This document shows, one piece after another, positions 25,711 through 39,399 of a DNA stretch of 64,000 nt. The notes under the pieces were generated by a model. That model did no database searches. It was given only the letters and a program-made list of their open reading frames with translations, and was not told the DNA's origin. Each line of letters opens with the position of its first letter. The first letter of the stretch is position 1. The DNA is from Anthoceros angustus (lineage: Eukaryota > Plantae > Anthocerotophyta). The DNA is taken from NCBI GenBank assembly GCA_010909165.1, contig VJWM01000187.1, forward strand, positions 372,001 through 436,000, in the 5' to 3' direction. Position numbers and translations under genes: made by a program.

Positions 25711-25949
25711 GCGCGCCCGTATGCATGCCTACCTGCTCTACAAAGCTAAGTCACTAAACACCGCACACTGCGATCTCCTTGGCCTTGGCCGGGGCAACAA
25801 TCTAGCCATAAATTGTCCTTGGCCTATGACCAAGGGCAAGGCTAAAAAGTGCCTAAGAGAGGCCGGGGCCAGCAACCCACAGGAAACTTGGAGGCCTAGC
25901 CACCGGTTTCCCACAAATTGTCTAGACCATCTTGGCCTAGAAAACAAAC

Positions 25950-27500
25950 AACTACTTACCACGTCCCCACCAGCGAGCGTAGCTTGTCCAACAGCGGTGG
26001 TTACGCGAGGAGGAATGGCGTCATCTTGAGATCCTCATCATCGATGGGTCTTCTTGTGCCTCACCTTAATCGTAATCTCGGCGGCTTGAATCCAGAGAGA
26101 TCAACTGTTCTTCCACAAAGCGCTTACATGCATCGATGAAAGGGATGCCATCACATCCGGCATCCATGTCTCATAAGCTTCGTGTTGGATAATTGTAACT
26201 TCGAAGTGTAGATGTCTGTGGCGAGCCTCACGAGCAGTTGAAAGCATTCTTCTCCTCTCGAGTCCAAGCCGGATCAACATGAGGGGTCCTCAATTTGTTG
26301 GTCGAATGTAGCTGAGGCCACCTACCACATGATGCCTGTCCGGATGGTGGAAAACTCGAAACCACTCTTTGAGAAAAATCAAGCGGCGAGGGTATGTGTC
26401 CCCGTCAACGAATTCTGGCAACCTCATCCCATCAAACCATTGATGCATTTGGAAGTGATGCTGCAACTTCCTCCATGCACCCTCGCTTGTCGGGCCAGTG
26501 GCGCTTGTGACCCGGTGGAGCTCAAACAAATCCGGTGTTCCTGGGATAATGCTCCACCCTACTTTCATGATGCTCCTCAACTGATGAAGATGTGAAGCTC
26601 ATCATAACTTCCTGGAATACCGTTCGGTCATCTTGGCGGAGTAGAAGATGCTCCACTTACGCATCTTCATCATCCACGAGGTCCCATGCCTCACAAACCT
26701 TGCTTGAGTTGGCGGTCACACACACGGAGGCACGTTCCAGACCTCCTCGCTTGTTGAGACCTCCTCCATGGCTGAGAAAAGGTGCAACCACAGAATTTTT
26801 TCACGGCGTCTGGCGACAATCATGGTGTACAGGCGCTGCGCTCCTTGCTCAGTGGGCGGTTGCTCACTGCTCACGTGCGAGGCGTGGTGCTCTGCTGCAT
26901 CGACCACCGCTCCTTGATTGGGACCTTTCTCCCAAACTCTTGCGGCTTTCCATGTTCGTAGGATGCTTGCGTGATCGTCCCCTCTTGCGCTTGATTGGTG
27001 GCACTTCCTCTTGGCCTTCACCTTGAATGTGGATAGGGCAAGACTTTTCGCCTTCTCCTATGCACGTGTGACGGACCAGGCGCTCCCCATCCGCTCAAGC
27101 AAAACCACCTTTAGAAACACGGTGAGGAATTCTCAACAGCTTGGTTCTGTGCATGCATCGATATCCTTCGTAGCTCTACCCGCTCCTTGTTTCGGTCGAA
27201 TTAGACCCTTGTCGAAATCGATCCTACATGCCTCATAATCCTCTCTTCACAATTCCTTGCACATGAAACGGCTTCTCAACAACTCTGTCGCCCCTTAGCA
27301 TGTGCGATCCCATGAATTTGGCCCCAAGCATCTTGTGTCCTTCTTCAACTGCTGCACATCAGCTTCTTTGACTTCCAACGTGTGTGAATTTAAGACAACC
27401 ATCGGTACCACCTTCAAAGAGCCACGTTCACACTTAGCACATTACGGTGCTCACATAGCCATTCTCCTTCGGAACCCGTCTTGGTTTGAGGCAAAGCAGA
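25950..27500 (-). other. Extra ORF-like region 3' of the integrase in Gypsy 1
   Basis: ~1.5 kb with coding-like fragments (WFDGMRLPEFVDGDTYPRRLIFLKEWFRVFHHP). No domain recognised. Confidence 0.35.
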
Positions 27501-27599
27501 TGGTAACCACGTTACACATAGCAACATGAATTCTTAAATGGGTTGTGTGCCCACACTCCTCCGGCAACTGCTGGTGGCGTCAGTCGAGGCATTCGTGTA

Positions 27600-30500
27600 T
27601 CCGGTCGGGCAAATGGCATGGAGCCAAATGCTTCATGTGTTCCTTGCACCTTCGCCATCTCTTCCTTCAAGTTCAACCACACCTTGCTCACCAACACAAC
27701 TCTCGATAAGCCTCCTGTCAACATCTAACGTGCTTGCGGGCTGTCTTTGCAAGTACGTAATCTCGGATGCAAACTTGCGGGCTTTGGGCTTCCACGAGCC
27801 CCAGCGTATAGCATACCTGGTCCGATCTTTGGGCCAAATTGTCCATAGCCATGGGAAGAATTCTTTGAAATACTTACGCTCGGCTTGAACTGTCCAAGCA
27901 CACATTTGCATCTTTGCTCCATCAAGGATGGAGTAAGTGTCCTTCACCACATTCGGCAACACTGCGTTGCGTCCGAATAACAAAAGTATGGACTGAAACT
28001 TCCAAGAGGCTTGCACACCCACGTGACCCCAACACGATGTAAGGAGCAATTCATCCCAACACTTGGGCTCCACTGTCGGATTTCCTTAGTGCATCCTTGA
28101 AGGTTTGCACTAGCCTTTCGCGGGCCATCGGCTGTGGATGATCCTCGATGTCCTCCACAGTGATCAATGAGACTCTGCCAGCAAGGTCTGAATTCACCTC
28201 GAAACTCGTTACCACAGTGCATGAGCACCTCTGCGGCTCCCAAATCGGTGAGCACACTGCAAAAGCTCTGCGGTGTATGCGAGGTTCTCAGTAACGCCAC
28301 TTCAACCCACTTAGAGAAATGCTCAATCATGACCATGCAATGTCGGTTACCTTGCTTTGTGAGGAAGCTCGGCATAAGGTCGACCATCTAAAAATAGCCC
28401 CACGATTGGTAGGGGTGCAACACCACATCACAGGTGTTAAATCTGCTTTGAGCATCACATGCAGCACTTAGCCACCACCTTCTCGACATCGCATACATCC
28501 ACGGCCGCGTACTCTTCAACATGTGGTGTGTCCTCTTCACACCAAAGTGGCCAAGGGTTTCGTGCACCTTGGTCACTATGCCCACTCTTTCCTCGGGACT
28601 TGGTACTTTCCTTACGAGTTCTCCTTGTGATGTGCTCACCATCTTCCCATGAGTATCGGCCGCGCCTTGAGTTTAGCCAAGCTGCTTGATCATTCCGGCC
28701 TGCCTTCCTTGACAAGCAGGCTTGAGGATGTCTCCAAACATCCAGCGGACTCTGTCGGCACATGTCCTTCTTCATGATCATCTATCACGGCCATGAGTGC
28801 CATGAAGCTGGGTGCACCATCTGTGCCCCTCATCTCGAGCTCTGTGACATCCTTGTCACTTTCCGGATTTATACGCATTGTGATGTACCTTGCACGCCCT
28901 GCACGATCTCCATATCGTACTCGAGATGGCGGCCGCCCCAGCTAGCTTACCACTCAACTTCATGTTGGTCATGATAATGAAGTGGCTGTGATCTGTGACC
29001 GATTAAAACGCCTTCCATACAGATAGACCACGAAATGCGAATCGCCCATACTGACAAGACACTCTCCCTCATATGAGGAGTAGTTCACTTGAGTTGTTAG
29101 ATCGGCTTGCATAAGCTATCACTCGCTCAACACCATCGCACCATGTTGTGACAACACGCTCCAATTCCGATGCTCCTGCATGAAAGGGTGATCAAAATTC
29201 GGCTGGCCAACATAGGCTTCTCGCCAGCGGTCCAAGATCTTGCCAAGCCAACTCTCGGTCTTGGTCCCATTTCCACATGTCTTTCTTCAGCTCATACAGA
29301 GGTTTACATGTGGGCGAGGTCCTTCATAAACCTAATAGTTCACCAAACCCGGAAGGCTCTAAGAGCAGCTACATCCTTTGGTCTAGGCATTTGCATCACT
29401 GCACCTTAGGTGAGGCATGATGCCTCCTGGTACTATCATGCCAGATCGTCTGGGAAAGCAAACTTGCATTTCTTAGGATGAGCTTTCAAACCCGAGGACC
29501 TCGTAGCAATATCTCTAGATGCTCCATATGTTCTTGATTGTCTCATGAAGACCGGATATCATCTATGTAGCAACGCACAAATGGCGACCTCGATCATTCT
29601 TTGGAAATATATAGAAGCATTTTCTTCAGCATTCTCCCACTCCCAAAGCTGGTCCTTCCCCAGGTGTCTTGCACTTGTCCGCTCTTCAATCACAATTTGG
29701 TTGAAGCAGCGAAGTCCAAGGCGTAAAGAACTTTGCCTTACCTATGGCATCGAAAATCTCGTCAGTAGGCATGGGCGTCCATAGGAGTCACCTCGTTTAG
29801 AGGTCGGTAGTCGCCACACATCCTCCTGTCCTTCCATTCACCGTTCTCATCCTTCTTGAGGTAGGGGCCAGTCCGACATATTGAGAGCTTGATTTTCTTA
29901 TCAACCCGCTCAACAACTCTTGACGTTTGTCAACAATCTCCCATTCTGCGAGCGGCGTGCCTCCTTGAAGACGGCTCTTCATGAGTCGTCACTACTTGAA
30001 CTTGATCTTCTCATACCTACCCTCCTTCCAACGAATGCAAAAGCACCCTTGTGTTTTTCTCAAGCATGTTGATGATTTTCTTATCTTCCGGCTCACATCT
30101 TACGCAATGTGCCATACATGAACCTCTTCGTCACACTCTTGGTGGGCGATTCGGTATCCACGGCCATCTTGAATCTCTCCCTGACTCATCTTCCTCTGCC
30201 TTAGGAACCTCTTTATCCTGTAGTTGGAGGAAGGCTTTCGCTTCCCTTGCACGCAAGTTGGAATAAACTGTGCTTACCACACCTCGGGTAAGTCAAATGC
30301 ATCCAAGCATCCCTTGCAGTTACATGCCCATGGTGCGAGTGTCCTTCTTGGCAAAGCCCATCGCTTGCTCGCGTTCCTCAACATTGAGCTCTCAAGCTCA
30401 TTCCCTTCAAATCCGAATCACACCATCTCCTCCCGTGCGAAGGCATAAGATTGCGGTGTGCTCACGAGTTGGCCATGCCCTTCGGCTTCCCCTACTCGAT

Positions 30501-30800
30501 TCACGGGGTAAAATGGCAACTTGTCCATCCTCTTCACTGAGCACCTTCCCAACTCTAGGATATCATCCACAACCTTCCGGAGTTGTCAAATTCTGTCTTT
30601 GTCGAGCACCTCCGGTCCAGCCACATTTGTCCGATGCTTCTGCTGTGTGCATATGAGCCACGCGTCCATGATCAACTCATTGCGAACCACGCCCGAATCT
30701 CTTCATACAGGCCCTAACGTTTGTCCATGGACACACATTCTCCGAATGTACCAACATCGTGGATTCGCAATCTGGACTTCTCGCGTGATTAAATGCGAGC
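27600..30800 (-). pseudogene. pol: Gypsy 1 pol (RT, RNase H, integrase), frameshifted
   Basis: PMPTDEIFDAIGKAKFFT (~29730-29775), CYIDDI (~29560), HETLGHFGVKRT, IEHFSKWVEV and post-integrase HLAPCHLPD. Confidence 0.88.
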
Positions 30801-30899
30801 TCGGCCAACACGCCTTCACCTTTGCCTCACTGCTGTCGAAAATGTCTTGCATTCCCATCCGCGATCGGATATCCACGGGCTTGACAAGGCTTCTAGCGC

Positions 30900-31910
30900 G
30901 CTTCCCCAGCGAGTTCACGCAGGCAGCTGCTCGGCGCCTCGGCGCTTCCGCTCGGTAGTGTTGGATCTTGCGAACACGAATTCGACCCTAGCGCGGAATC
31001 TTCTCATCCTTTTCCACGCAGTATATTGCCGTATCTTGACGCCACGCAACACCGCTTCGCCACTGCGATTCTGGCGAGCTCCAACAAATGGATGCCTTGA
31101 CCCACCTTCCATCGTACTGAGCCGTCGATCGTCGATCTCCGACTTGGCGGGCCTCATACAGGATCGACCTCTCGGGACATGTGTCATGAGATTCCATCGA
31201 TCCTCCTTCCTTTGGTTCTCTCGAACCTCTCGCTTGATCCAAATATTACGGCGCACAACCTTAAGCACACCTTACGCTCTCTTGGCATCTCCGGAGAGGA
31301 TAACTCCCGTTTCCTCCACATCTCATGTCGATGCTCACGAGACCGTGGCAATCATGGCGGCCCGTCATCCTCGTCTGCTCTTGCCACCACTCCTATTCAT
31401 CCTTAGAGGAATTGTGCAACATCGTGAAATCTCCTCTCCACCGAATGGTCAGCAGAAAGCGTGCAAGGGATCAACCCCATGGCGGGACGGTGAGTTCCGT
31501 CACCCCAAGACATCATATGTCTTTGCGTGACCAAACATCTCACTTCAACGATGCCGGCATCCTTCGTGTGCTTCAATTCAATCTTCACGGGCCTCCTCGT
31601 CATTCCCGGTACATTCCTTGGTACTGCGGAGGTGGTGATGTTCACGCGTCGCTCGGAGCGAGCTTGTGTCCATCTGACTTTAGTGCCTCCTGCACCGTGC
31701 TCCCAGTGATTGGATCCGCTCCACGTGTCTACAAGTCGTTCTTTGCATAGCCATCAAAGGTCACGTCCGTGTTATCAATCATGGCAACACCTCCTTCACC
31801 GCTCCTCGCATCGATGCTCGCCACACAACCGCCATACTAGGGAGAGATCCCGCGATTCAAGCTCCTTTCGCCATTCTCGCATGATGTTTTGAAGGTTTTC
31901 ACTCCAAGCC
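30900..31910 (-). pseudogene. Gypsy 1 gag-pol linker, portion left of YR copy 3
   Basis: Removing copy 3 restores the reading frame KNGSAEEDYLGVKTFKTSCENGER across 41806/31910. Confidence 0.55.
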
Positions 31911-32449
31911 ATCAGAAGTCGCTCTGCCTGGGGCCTCTCGACGCCCATTGGTTTTTTTCGGTAGTGTGTGAATTTTAAGAAAGAGAATCAACTTTGGCCA
32001 TTATTTTACAGATAGTAAATTCATTACAATATAGTAGAAAACATGCCAAGTGGGTGAATATGATCTACCATCAAGGTGGAAAAGAGCACTAGAGTAGAAA
32101 ACATGGCGACCAAGTGAATACCAAAAGGCCTAGTAAAATCGCTTCTAGTAATCCCACCAAAATCGCTAACTGACAAAAACATTTTCGTTAAATAATATTC
32201 ATGCGGATCCGTGATATACAAAACCAACAAAGAACCCTTTTCTTTGCGAGTGATATCCGTAATTGCATGAAATAAATTCAACTAATGAAGAGTAAATACC
32301 AGATAGAGTGAACTCGCTCAACAAGAAACCTACAAACAAAACCAAAATTAGCACCCAAACCGTAATTACGCTGCTACTAGTAAACACTAAAATAAAAACA
32401 TTGATACTCACCTTATTTTGGGAAATTTATCGTACAATTATATTGAAAA

Positions 32450-35400
32450 TGTAATTTTCACACCACTTGGCTTGATTGGTACTTGTACATTATCATAATT
32501 GGCAACCAATTGATGAAGCCGAGGACTTGGACGAAATTGACCATCTTCCCAAGGTCACAACCTAAAACAACACAACCATTAATTTTCAATCTAGTAAACC
32601 GATTAATAAAAGCATAAAGCTTACCGATCCCGACGGATTTTCGCAGATAGCAGCTTGAAATATCTCGAGGCACATCCTTCTCGCCTGTGTCTTTCCCACC
32701 GTAATCTCCGAACCTCTTGCCGCTCTTTCCGCCGCTTGCTTGATGCTTAATATGCTCTTGTCTCCTCCGCATTTCTCCGCCTCAATCTCAAGGGCTTTCT
32801 CTGCTTAGAGACTCGTAATTCAACCGCCGCCTGCTCTCTATAAGTGCCTCCAAATCCTTTTGAACTCCATTTCGTTTCAATTTGTCATTCTCCACCCCTG
32901 CTTGGAGATCCGTGCTCAAAGCCACTTACATTTCCATTTGCAGTCACAGGCTGCAATATATCCAGAGGTGCTACCACAGCCACACTTCTGTCCTGGTTAA
33001 CTTCAGATGACTGATCACACTCACTCTGCACAATGCCCTCCAACAGAGGGGCCACTGCATCAACTTCCCTCAGGGCTGTATCAATGTTGAAATGAGGGAC
33101 AGTAAGCCTGCTTACACTAGTCGAAGGATTCACAATCTGCCAAGAAGAACACAATCAGGAAACTCCAAAATGAATGAAAACAACAAACAAACAGCCAAAG
33201 AATCAACCTTGTCAACATATGGAATTTGAGAACACCGTTGGTCCGCTAGTATCCATCCGGATGCCTTGGCACTTTAAGGTGCCCGCCAATAAAAACAAGA
33301 ACCAAGATGATTAAAAAACTAACATGGCAGACTACAACAAAGCAACTTCACAATACCAACGAACTTCAAGACACAAGTGGACCACATGGTGCAAAAACTA
33401 GTTCCCCAACATTGTTCGTGGTCCGCTTTCATGATGAATAAGAGGGGCCAGAGGAAAGACCGACAAATCAACAAGTCGACACGTGATTATACACAAGTCC
33501 CTACATACTTGACAAATCTCAAACACTTACATTACTAACGTGTTGCACTTGCAAGGGACGCGATCAGCCGACTAAAATACTATTTCGAGTTACATTCAAC
33601 ATCTGGAAGAACACCCTTAAATCATCCCGCATCCGATTGAGTTCTTCATTTAAAAGCTCGATAAGATCGCTGCTCACTGTGAACAAGAACTCTTTGTACT
33701 GTTTTGCTTGACCGAACGGCCATATCTCGCAAAACATATGAGAACGTTAGGAACGCATACAAAGACTCAAATGTCACAAGCTTTCACAACATATTACCTT
33801 GAAAATCCAAAGATCCGCTTTATGGCCAACACACTTCTCCCAAAGATCGAGGGCACCGAGCCATCGTCAAACGTAATCAATCACGTTACGGCAGCTCTTA
33901 TTGGTGTAGCCAGCCAAGCCAGCCCATGGTCTTCATAAATCTTGACAGCATTCCTTTTGAAACACGAAGTTTTGCATACCAAGCGAACAAAAAACAAGCT
34001 TAGTAAATAGAAACCACAAAACTCAAGCCCAATAAACCAAAAACTTACATTGATCTTGGGTTATCAATGGTTGAATTGAAGAGAAACCCCGAATTGACAA
34101 ATTGTCATGTGCACCACTTGGGAGAGTGATCAATAAAAGGTTTCGATGACGCCCTTTCGTAGATCTTGACCTTTTGACTAAATGCTCACTGGTAGTTCTT
34201 CATGTCCACTTTGTAATTTTTGAATGCCGCTTCATACGCAAATGAAGACGAGCTCAATACATCAAAACATCAAACAAAAAGAAAACAAAAGACTACACCC
34301 ATCGAACAAAAGGTCCACCGAATATGCAAATGAGAAGTCCCTAATGAGCAGTTATGTAACTCTTCACCACCTCGAACCCCAAAACCCGGTCATGCAAAAA
34401 TATGCACACCGAAAACAATATAAGCATAAGGGCTCGTTTAAGAGACCATAAATGAACAATCAAAGTGCACCCCAAAACCAACAATATTACCTTTTGAGCC
34501 CCCGCCCAAATGAGCATTGATGATCTCGTGAAAGAATCACGCTCATCATCGTAAATCAACTTCACCTCTTTTCGACATGACACAATCCCAAGGTCCTTGC
34601 CGATTTTCATGGACGCAACCACGCTCGGGACCCATGGAAAATTCCATGAAACATGTTGATCATCGAACATCGTAACCAAGCCGGCTTTGGTTCAGATGCA
34701 CTTTGTTAAACCGTTAAACCACGAAAGAAAGACATCACCGCACAAGTGAAGATCAAGAATCACCATGTGAAGGAAAGTCGAACTATCAAAATCAACAAGT
34801 AAGAAAACATCACTACTTACGCTTCGGAGAAAATCTCCTGTTGTCCTTGATTCGAACTTGATGGAAAAAGGGTATCGAATAAGATTTAGATCCTTGTGAG
34901 GAATATCCTCAACAGTATCCATCCGACCCACTCACTTTCATAAAGGCCCCGAGACTTGACACCGCTTATTCCGCTTTGACCTATCCTCCCCACCACTCAA
35001 AGCATCATCATTCCCCTCTCGACGACGGTCAAATCCGCTCAAAAATTTCTTCATCATCAATTTCCTCCATACCCATGGCAAAGTCATCTTCGGGACCGCA
35101 CACTTTAGCCTCTCAAACATATCGAGCACTTCTTGATCGTGGATGACTCTGTGGTCGAACCAACAGTATGGAAACGCCACAGAAAGCATCTGCTCAACCA
35201 GACACAAATTTCTAGACTCAGAGCTTTGGCGACTCACAACCATGGGATCGTTATCAAGAAATCATTCTCCCCACAACCGGACCTCTCTCTCGACATCGGG
35301 ACATAGTTAGTAATCTCCAAGAGGACCTTCAACCAATGCCACAGTGTCGAGTGTCCACCCTTCTTCTCTTCTCGACAAACTCACCGCACGTCGAGCATCC

Positions 35401-35650
35401 TTCTTGGATGAGAAGTGCCTTGGGTTTAGGAATGCCTCTTTTGGAACTAAATATGTTCCTTCACTGCACCAAGACACCATCAACTTTACCATCATCCTGC
35501 GGTGGATGAGTTGCAGGAGGACGGCCGACTTGACACTGCCTACAATGCTTAGCCATGACTTCGCCGTGGACCCTTGCTTCTTTCCCGTCCAGAGCCCAGT
35601 GGGTTTCCTTTGCCATCTCGCAAAGAAAAGCACCAGGTGATCAAAACACA
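32450..35650 (-). CDS. Crypton/DUF3504-like tyrosine recombinase, copy 3 (multi-exon; ends approximate)
   Basis: VASMKIGKDLGIVSCRK, RGGEELHN (~34351-34375), YTNKSCR (~33888-33908), GHK (~33820), then an intron followed by Tyr (~33723). Confidence 0.82.
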
Positions 35651-38600
35651 AAAAACATTTGAACGTTAATGAACTTGCAAACCAATATGAAAAGACTTAC
35701 ATGGAGGTGAATGCTTTCAAATGAGAACTCAAGGGTCTAAAAGTTGATTATACCACAATCGAAAAGAAGGATGTGGAGATATTGCAGACACATCCTTTGA
35801 TCTATACATCGTTAGATTTTGATCCCTCCATTTTAAGTTAGAGAAGAAACTTCCATTTTAACAAACCCACATACTTCAAACACTCTTTTAATAAATATTG
35901 ATAGATAGCCCCGACACAACCGAGCCTTGATCATGACACACCAAGAAACACAGAATTTCACACTGTGCAAATAGTTATCCCGAGACAGTATGCACTGAAT
36001 AGAAAAGAAATTTCACACGATGACAAATTTCACCTACAATGAAATGAAGTTTAGTGAGGTGCAGACATTTAATGTCAAGAACAAAACTGAAAACAAGGAA
36101 AAGGTGTAAACATCTCTTACTAAAATCAATTCACCCTAAGAATTTTCATGGGTCTCAAACAAAAGGAGAAAAAGTTAACAACAAAAGATCGAACAAAACA
36201 TAGCAGAAAAGAACCACGATTGGAAGCAACACCAACCATACCGAGATACAAACCACGTAAAACATAATGCAATAAACAAGAACAAAAGTCAAACATAAAC
36301 ACAAACTAACATACATCACAGAAAAGAAAGTGACTACAAGCGACACAAAGATCGATGAAAAGACAATACATGTAAGCAAAGACGACTAAAAGTGATCACC
36401 TTCCAAATACGATATAAACAAGAAGCACATCAAGACAAAAAAGCAACGACAACGATGACAAAACAAATAACTTAACCAAGACAAATACCTTTAAAATGTT
36501 TTGCAAAGGCAGATGCATAGAACAAGCTCTTTCCGCATGAAAAATAAGAGCATAAGTACAATCGAAGAACACACAGTTGACGCAACACTTTAAGAGATGA
36601 AGCATCACAAAGACAGAGATTACAAATCGTCAGAAGAGCTGATGCCTTGTATCACATAACGAACAATGTTTATACACAAAGAAGAACAATCGAGACATAA
36701 GAAAAACAAATACACGCTCGAAAAGACACCCGATAAACAGAAGACACGTGAGCAAACGAGATAAACACAAGTTAAAACAATGACTTATTGAACAAGATAT
36801 ATAGAAAATGAAACAGATGAAAACACAAGACACACAAAGCATAAGACATTACAACGCATCGACTTCATGAGCGTCTGAAAAGTAACGACGCAACAACAAG
36901 CATAACACATTAACATGAAGCAATACCACAAAGAAAAGCAACAAATCAAGAGCAACATAGTCACACAAAACAAAGACTCAACAAGACAACAAGTGATGCA
37001 AAAGCAACACCAAGAGAGCAAAATGAGACAAAGAAATGCATACCAAAAAGACATAAAACGATAGCGAGAGAAACAGCAAGGCAAACAATAAACAAAAGTC
37101 AGAACACTTATAGTCAAACGCATGAGAGGTTACAAGACACCTGCCTTGACAACGACAACGACAGCAAAACCCTTGTCGAACAAAACAACAATAAAAGAAA
37201 CTAATAACAGAAGACCTTGGCCAATAAAGCAAAGCAAATATAAAAGAAAAACACGGCAAAGCAAGATGAACAGATGTCAAGCTAACAAGACAAAACAGAA
37301 TCAACCGAACATGAAACACAACAAGACGAGAAACGCTAAGACATCTAAAACAAAGCGCTAGAGCTGACCTTAAAGCAAAACGCGAGCACCGGCCACGCAA
37401 CAAGTGAAACCAACCGCGGACAAAGCAAGAGAAAAACAAAACAGAAACAACCTAAATAACGTAAAAAGGGACATAGAGAAAGAAGAAGAGAGACCTGACA
37501 AAAATGACCTAAGGTCACAAGCAAAACCCTTGGCCCTAAAAACAACAATGAAAGAAACCTCAACAACAAAGAAGACCTTGGCCTCGGACCGAAAGCATAA
37601 AGCAACATAAAAGAAACCAAGGAACAACGAAACCAGAGCTCCTACCGTCAAAGCACATCAAAATACTTTGAAACGGACTCAAGACTAAAGAATACCGCAA
37701 GCTAACAAGAAAAAGAATCACCGACATGATGCAAACACCACAAGACGGGCGCAAAAGAACGCAAGGCAACTAAAAGGGCCTAGGAGCGGGATGGACCTTA
37801 GAAGCGCCTGACAAGCGAGCACCTTGGCCCGGACCGCAACAAGTGAGAAACCCTTGGCCCTCGGACAAAGCATGAATGAAACTTGAAACCTGGAAATTGG
37901 ACGCCAACGTGCGAGGGACATAGAGAAGGGAGTAGAAGGGAGACGCAGATGAGGAAATGAGAAGACGCATGGAAGGTCCCAAGACCACAGCAAAAGACCA
38001 AAAAGGTCCGTGAACCCGCTTATATAGGCCCCAAAACCCTAACCCTTCTCACTGCGCCGCCACTCTCTACAACCAAATTTGAAAATACCAAACCTACCCA
38101 CCGAGGACACCAACCAACCTAGGGTCGCCATTCGCACGCCACGCCTCAACCGAACCTAGTCACCTTGTTCCAAACCTAGCCATGCAACACCTAACCTAAT
38201 TTCCGAACCTCTCGTAGTGGCGAAACGAACTCACCAATGAACACCGCCACGCACGCTCTTCAAGCATCCGGAACCCTAATTCAAGTCTATTTAAGGAGCA
38301 CTCACGCCTCGACTCACTTTATCGCCCACCACGCCGCTAGGCCGCTCCCCTTCTACGCCCGCCTAGCACGCCGCCAGTGTGTCACTCGCCTACAGCCCCG
38401 CTAGTTCTACGCAGTTCCATCCTCCGCCAGCGCTGGTTCCGCCCTACCCCTACCGCCCACCACGCCAGCCGCTTCTTTCCACGCCTTGCTCACCGCAAGG
38501 CACCTTTTCACCACTCACCACCAACAGCGCCTCTCTTTCTCAGTGAATAGCGAGCCGCCCAGAGCCCGAACGCCGCCCTCGATCAACACCGCCTCGATCG

Positions 38601-39399
38601 CTTGGCTTCCGCCTTTGGTTCCAGCGACGCATACAATAATCATCATCGATCGGTGGCCTAGGTGAAGAGCACGCCAAGGCCTTTAGCGATCAAAGGTGAA
38701 ACTTCGCTGAGTTTGTTTTGCCTTTGAAATTGTTTGTTGCCTTTGCTTTGTGCCTATGCTCATGCTTTGACCGCTCACCGCGGATACCACACAACGCTGG
38801 TTCAAACGAAGAGTTGCTCCTGCAAGAACAGTGCCGATTTTCCGCCGACGCCGGTTTCACTCACCGTCGCTTAAGCCGCTCCGCAAGCGCCAAGGAGACA
38901 AAAGAGGTCTCGCCCTCCGTGTACGAAAAACACTCTACCGTGGTCGCTCTTTATTCTTTTTCTTGCGCCGCTAACACACTGCCTCGCGCACTCTTGCCTC
39001 CGCCTTTGCTGTGAATAGCGCTTATCGCGCTAAGTTTGCTTGCGCCTTTTCTTACCTTGAATGTTGCCGCAGAAAACCTCGTAGACTCCTCTACACACGC
39101 CCTTGAGTCCAACCGCAAGAAGACATCGGGAGCAGTAACAAGCCTCGTAGCGAACTTATCTTTCTACGCTTTCGTTTCCGCTTTCAAAGTCGCGCACGAC
39201 CGCCGAAACGCCAAGTGTCTTCGATCTCGACCGCTTGACGCTTTCTCGCTTAACTCTCTTTATTCTCGCTTAATCTCGGTTAATCATCCGGACGTAACCC
39301 GTGAGTGACTCAAGACGCCGCCGCAGGTGCGTGCCACTGCATGCAAGAGATCGCAGCATCACCGTCTCAACCTATAGAGGCCGCATCGATGCGCCTTTC

